In this document: positions 62,201 to 64,000 of the stretch, piece by piece
Numbering within the stretch: position 1 is the stretch's first letter
Layout: each line of letters begins with the position of its first letter
DNA from: Macrostomum hystrix
Lineage: Eukaryota; Animalia; Platyhelminthes
Direction: 5' to 3'
Length of the DNA stretch: 64,000 nucleotides
Assembly (NCBI GenBank): GCA_950097015.1
Contig: CATNEN010000001.1
Location: 3,100,001 to 3,164,000 of the forward strand
The notes under the pieces: model-generated
Databases searched by the model: none
What the model was told of the DNA's origin: nothing
What the model saw: the letters and a program-made list of their open reading frames with translations, nothing else
Translations under genes and position numbers: made by a program

Positions 62201-64000
62201 GTATAGTAGGTTCCTTCAGCTAGGTGTGGGTATAGTAGGTTCCTTCAGCTAGGTGTGGGTATAGTAGGTTCCTTCAGCTAGGTGTAGGTATAGTAGGTTG
62301 CTTCAGCTAGGTGTGGGTATAGTAGGTTGCTTCAGCTAGGTGTGGATATAGTAGGTTCCTTCAGCTAGGTGTAGGTATAGTAGGTTGCTTCAGCTAGGTG
62401 TGGGTATAGTAGGTTCCTTCAGCTAGGTGTAGGTATAGTAGGTTGCTTCAGCCAGGTGTGGGTATAGTAGGTTCCTTCAGCTAGGTGTGGGTATAGTAGG
62501 TTCCTTCAGCTAGGTGTAGGTATAGTAGGTTCCTTCAGCTAGGTGTGGGTATAGTAGGTTCCTTCAGCTAGGTGTGGGTATAGTAGGTTCCTTCAGCTAG
62601 GTGTGGGTATAGTAGGTTCCTTCAGCTAGGTGTGGGTATAGTAGGTTCCTTCAGCTAGGTGTGGGTATAGTAGGTTCCTTCAGCTAAGTGTGGGTATAGT
62701 AGGTTCCTTCAGCTAGGTGTAGGTATAGTAGGTTGCTTCAGCTAGGTGTGGGTATAGTAGGTTCCTTCAGCTAGGTGTGGGTATAGTAGGTTGCTTCAGC
62801 CAGGTGTGGGTATAGTAGGTTCCTTCAGCTAGGTGTGGGTATAGTAGGTTCCTTCAGCTAGGTGTAGGTATAGTAGGTTCCTTCAGCTAGGTGTAGGTAT
62901 AGTAGGTTCCTTCAGCTAGGTGTGGGTATAGTAGGTTCCTTCAGCTAGGTGTAGGTATAGTAGGTTGCTTCAGCCAGGTGTGGGTACAGTAGGTTGCTTC
63001 AGCCAGGTGTGGGTATAGTAGGTTCCTTCAGCTAGGTGTGGGTATAGTAGGTTGCTTCAGCCAGGTGTGGGTATAGTAGGTTCCTTCAGCTAGGTGTAGG
63101 TATAGTAGGTTGCTTCAGCTAGGTGTGGGTATAGTAGGTTGCTTCAGCCAGGTGTGGGTATAGTAGGTTCCTTCAGCTAGGTGTGGGTATAGTAGGTTCC
63201 TTCAGCTAGGTGTAGGTATAGTAGGTTCCTTCAGCTAGGTGTGGGTATAGTAGGTTCCTTCAGCTAGGTGTAGGTATAGTAGGTTCCTTCAGCTAGGTGT
63301 AGGTATAGTAGGTTCCTTCAGCTAGGTGTGGGTATAGTAGGTTCCTTCAGCTAAGTGTGGGTATAGTAGGTTCCTTCAGCTAGGTGTAGGTATAGTAGGT
63401 TCCTTCAGCTAGGTGTAGGTATAGTAGGTTCCTTCAGCTAGGTGTGGGTATAGTAGGTTCCTTCAGCTAGGTGTAGGTATAGTAGGTTGCTTCAGCCAGG
63501 TGTGGGTACAGTAGGTTGCTTCAGCCAGGTGTGGGTATAGTAGGTTCCTTCAGCTAGGTGTGGGTATAGTAGTTTGCTTCAGCCAGGTGTGGGTATAGTA
63601 GGTTCCTTCAGCTAGGTGTAGGTATAGTAGGTTGCTTCAGCCAGGTGTGGGTATAGTAGGTTCCTTCAGCTTGGTGTAGGTATAGTAGGTTGCTTCAGCT
63701 AGGTGTGGGTATAGTAGGTTCCTTCAGCTAGGTGTAGGTATAGTAGGTTGCTTCAGCCAGGTGTGGGTATAGTTGGTTCCTTCAGCTAGGTGTGGGTATA
63801 GTAGGTTCCTTCAGCTTGGTGTAGGTATAGTAGGTTGCTTCAGCTAGGTGTGGGTATAGTAGGTTCCTTCAGCTAGGTGTAGGTATAGTAGGTTGCTTCA
63901 GCTAGGTGTGGGTATAGTAGGTTCCTTCAGCTAGGTGTGGGTATAGTAGGTTGCTTCAGCTAGGTGTGGGTATAGTAGGTTCCTTCAGCTAGGTGTAGGT
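62201..64000. repeat. 29-bp minisatellite (TATAGTAGGTTCCTTCAGCTAGGTGTGGG)n, runs off the window
   Basis: Tandem array starting ~25 bp after the SCFD1 exon 3 donor. Confidence 0.97.

Overview
Eukaryotic (animal) genomic DNA with GT-AG introns, tRNA-derived SINEs and many minisatellites. Gene style and repeats suggest a flatworm such as Macrostomum, but this is an inference. The left 29 kb is a minus-strand tandem cluster of three paralogues. In the two complete copies, six exons splice in frame at every junction (checked by hand) into one ~2,500-2,600 aa protein: acidic 11-aa repeat (~100 copies), ankyrin repeats, Mab-21/cGAS-like nucleotidyltransferase (cGLR), helical region, ankyrin repeats, Gly/Ser linker, and a caspase with an intact His/Cys dyad. 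The NTase DxD motif is degenerate in all three copies, and reciprocally so (SNID in two, SDIN in the third). This suggests a cGAS-like pseudo-enzyme sensor fused to a death protease. The middle copy appears to be a chimera made by a ~13 kb tandem duplication. The right half holds ZC4H2, MED19 and the 5' part of SCFD1/Sly1 on the + strand. It also holds a non-autonomous hAT element with a nested MITE, a decayed Gypsy-type integrase, and large minisatellite arrays.
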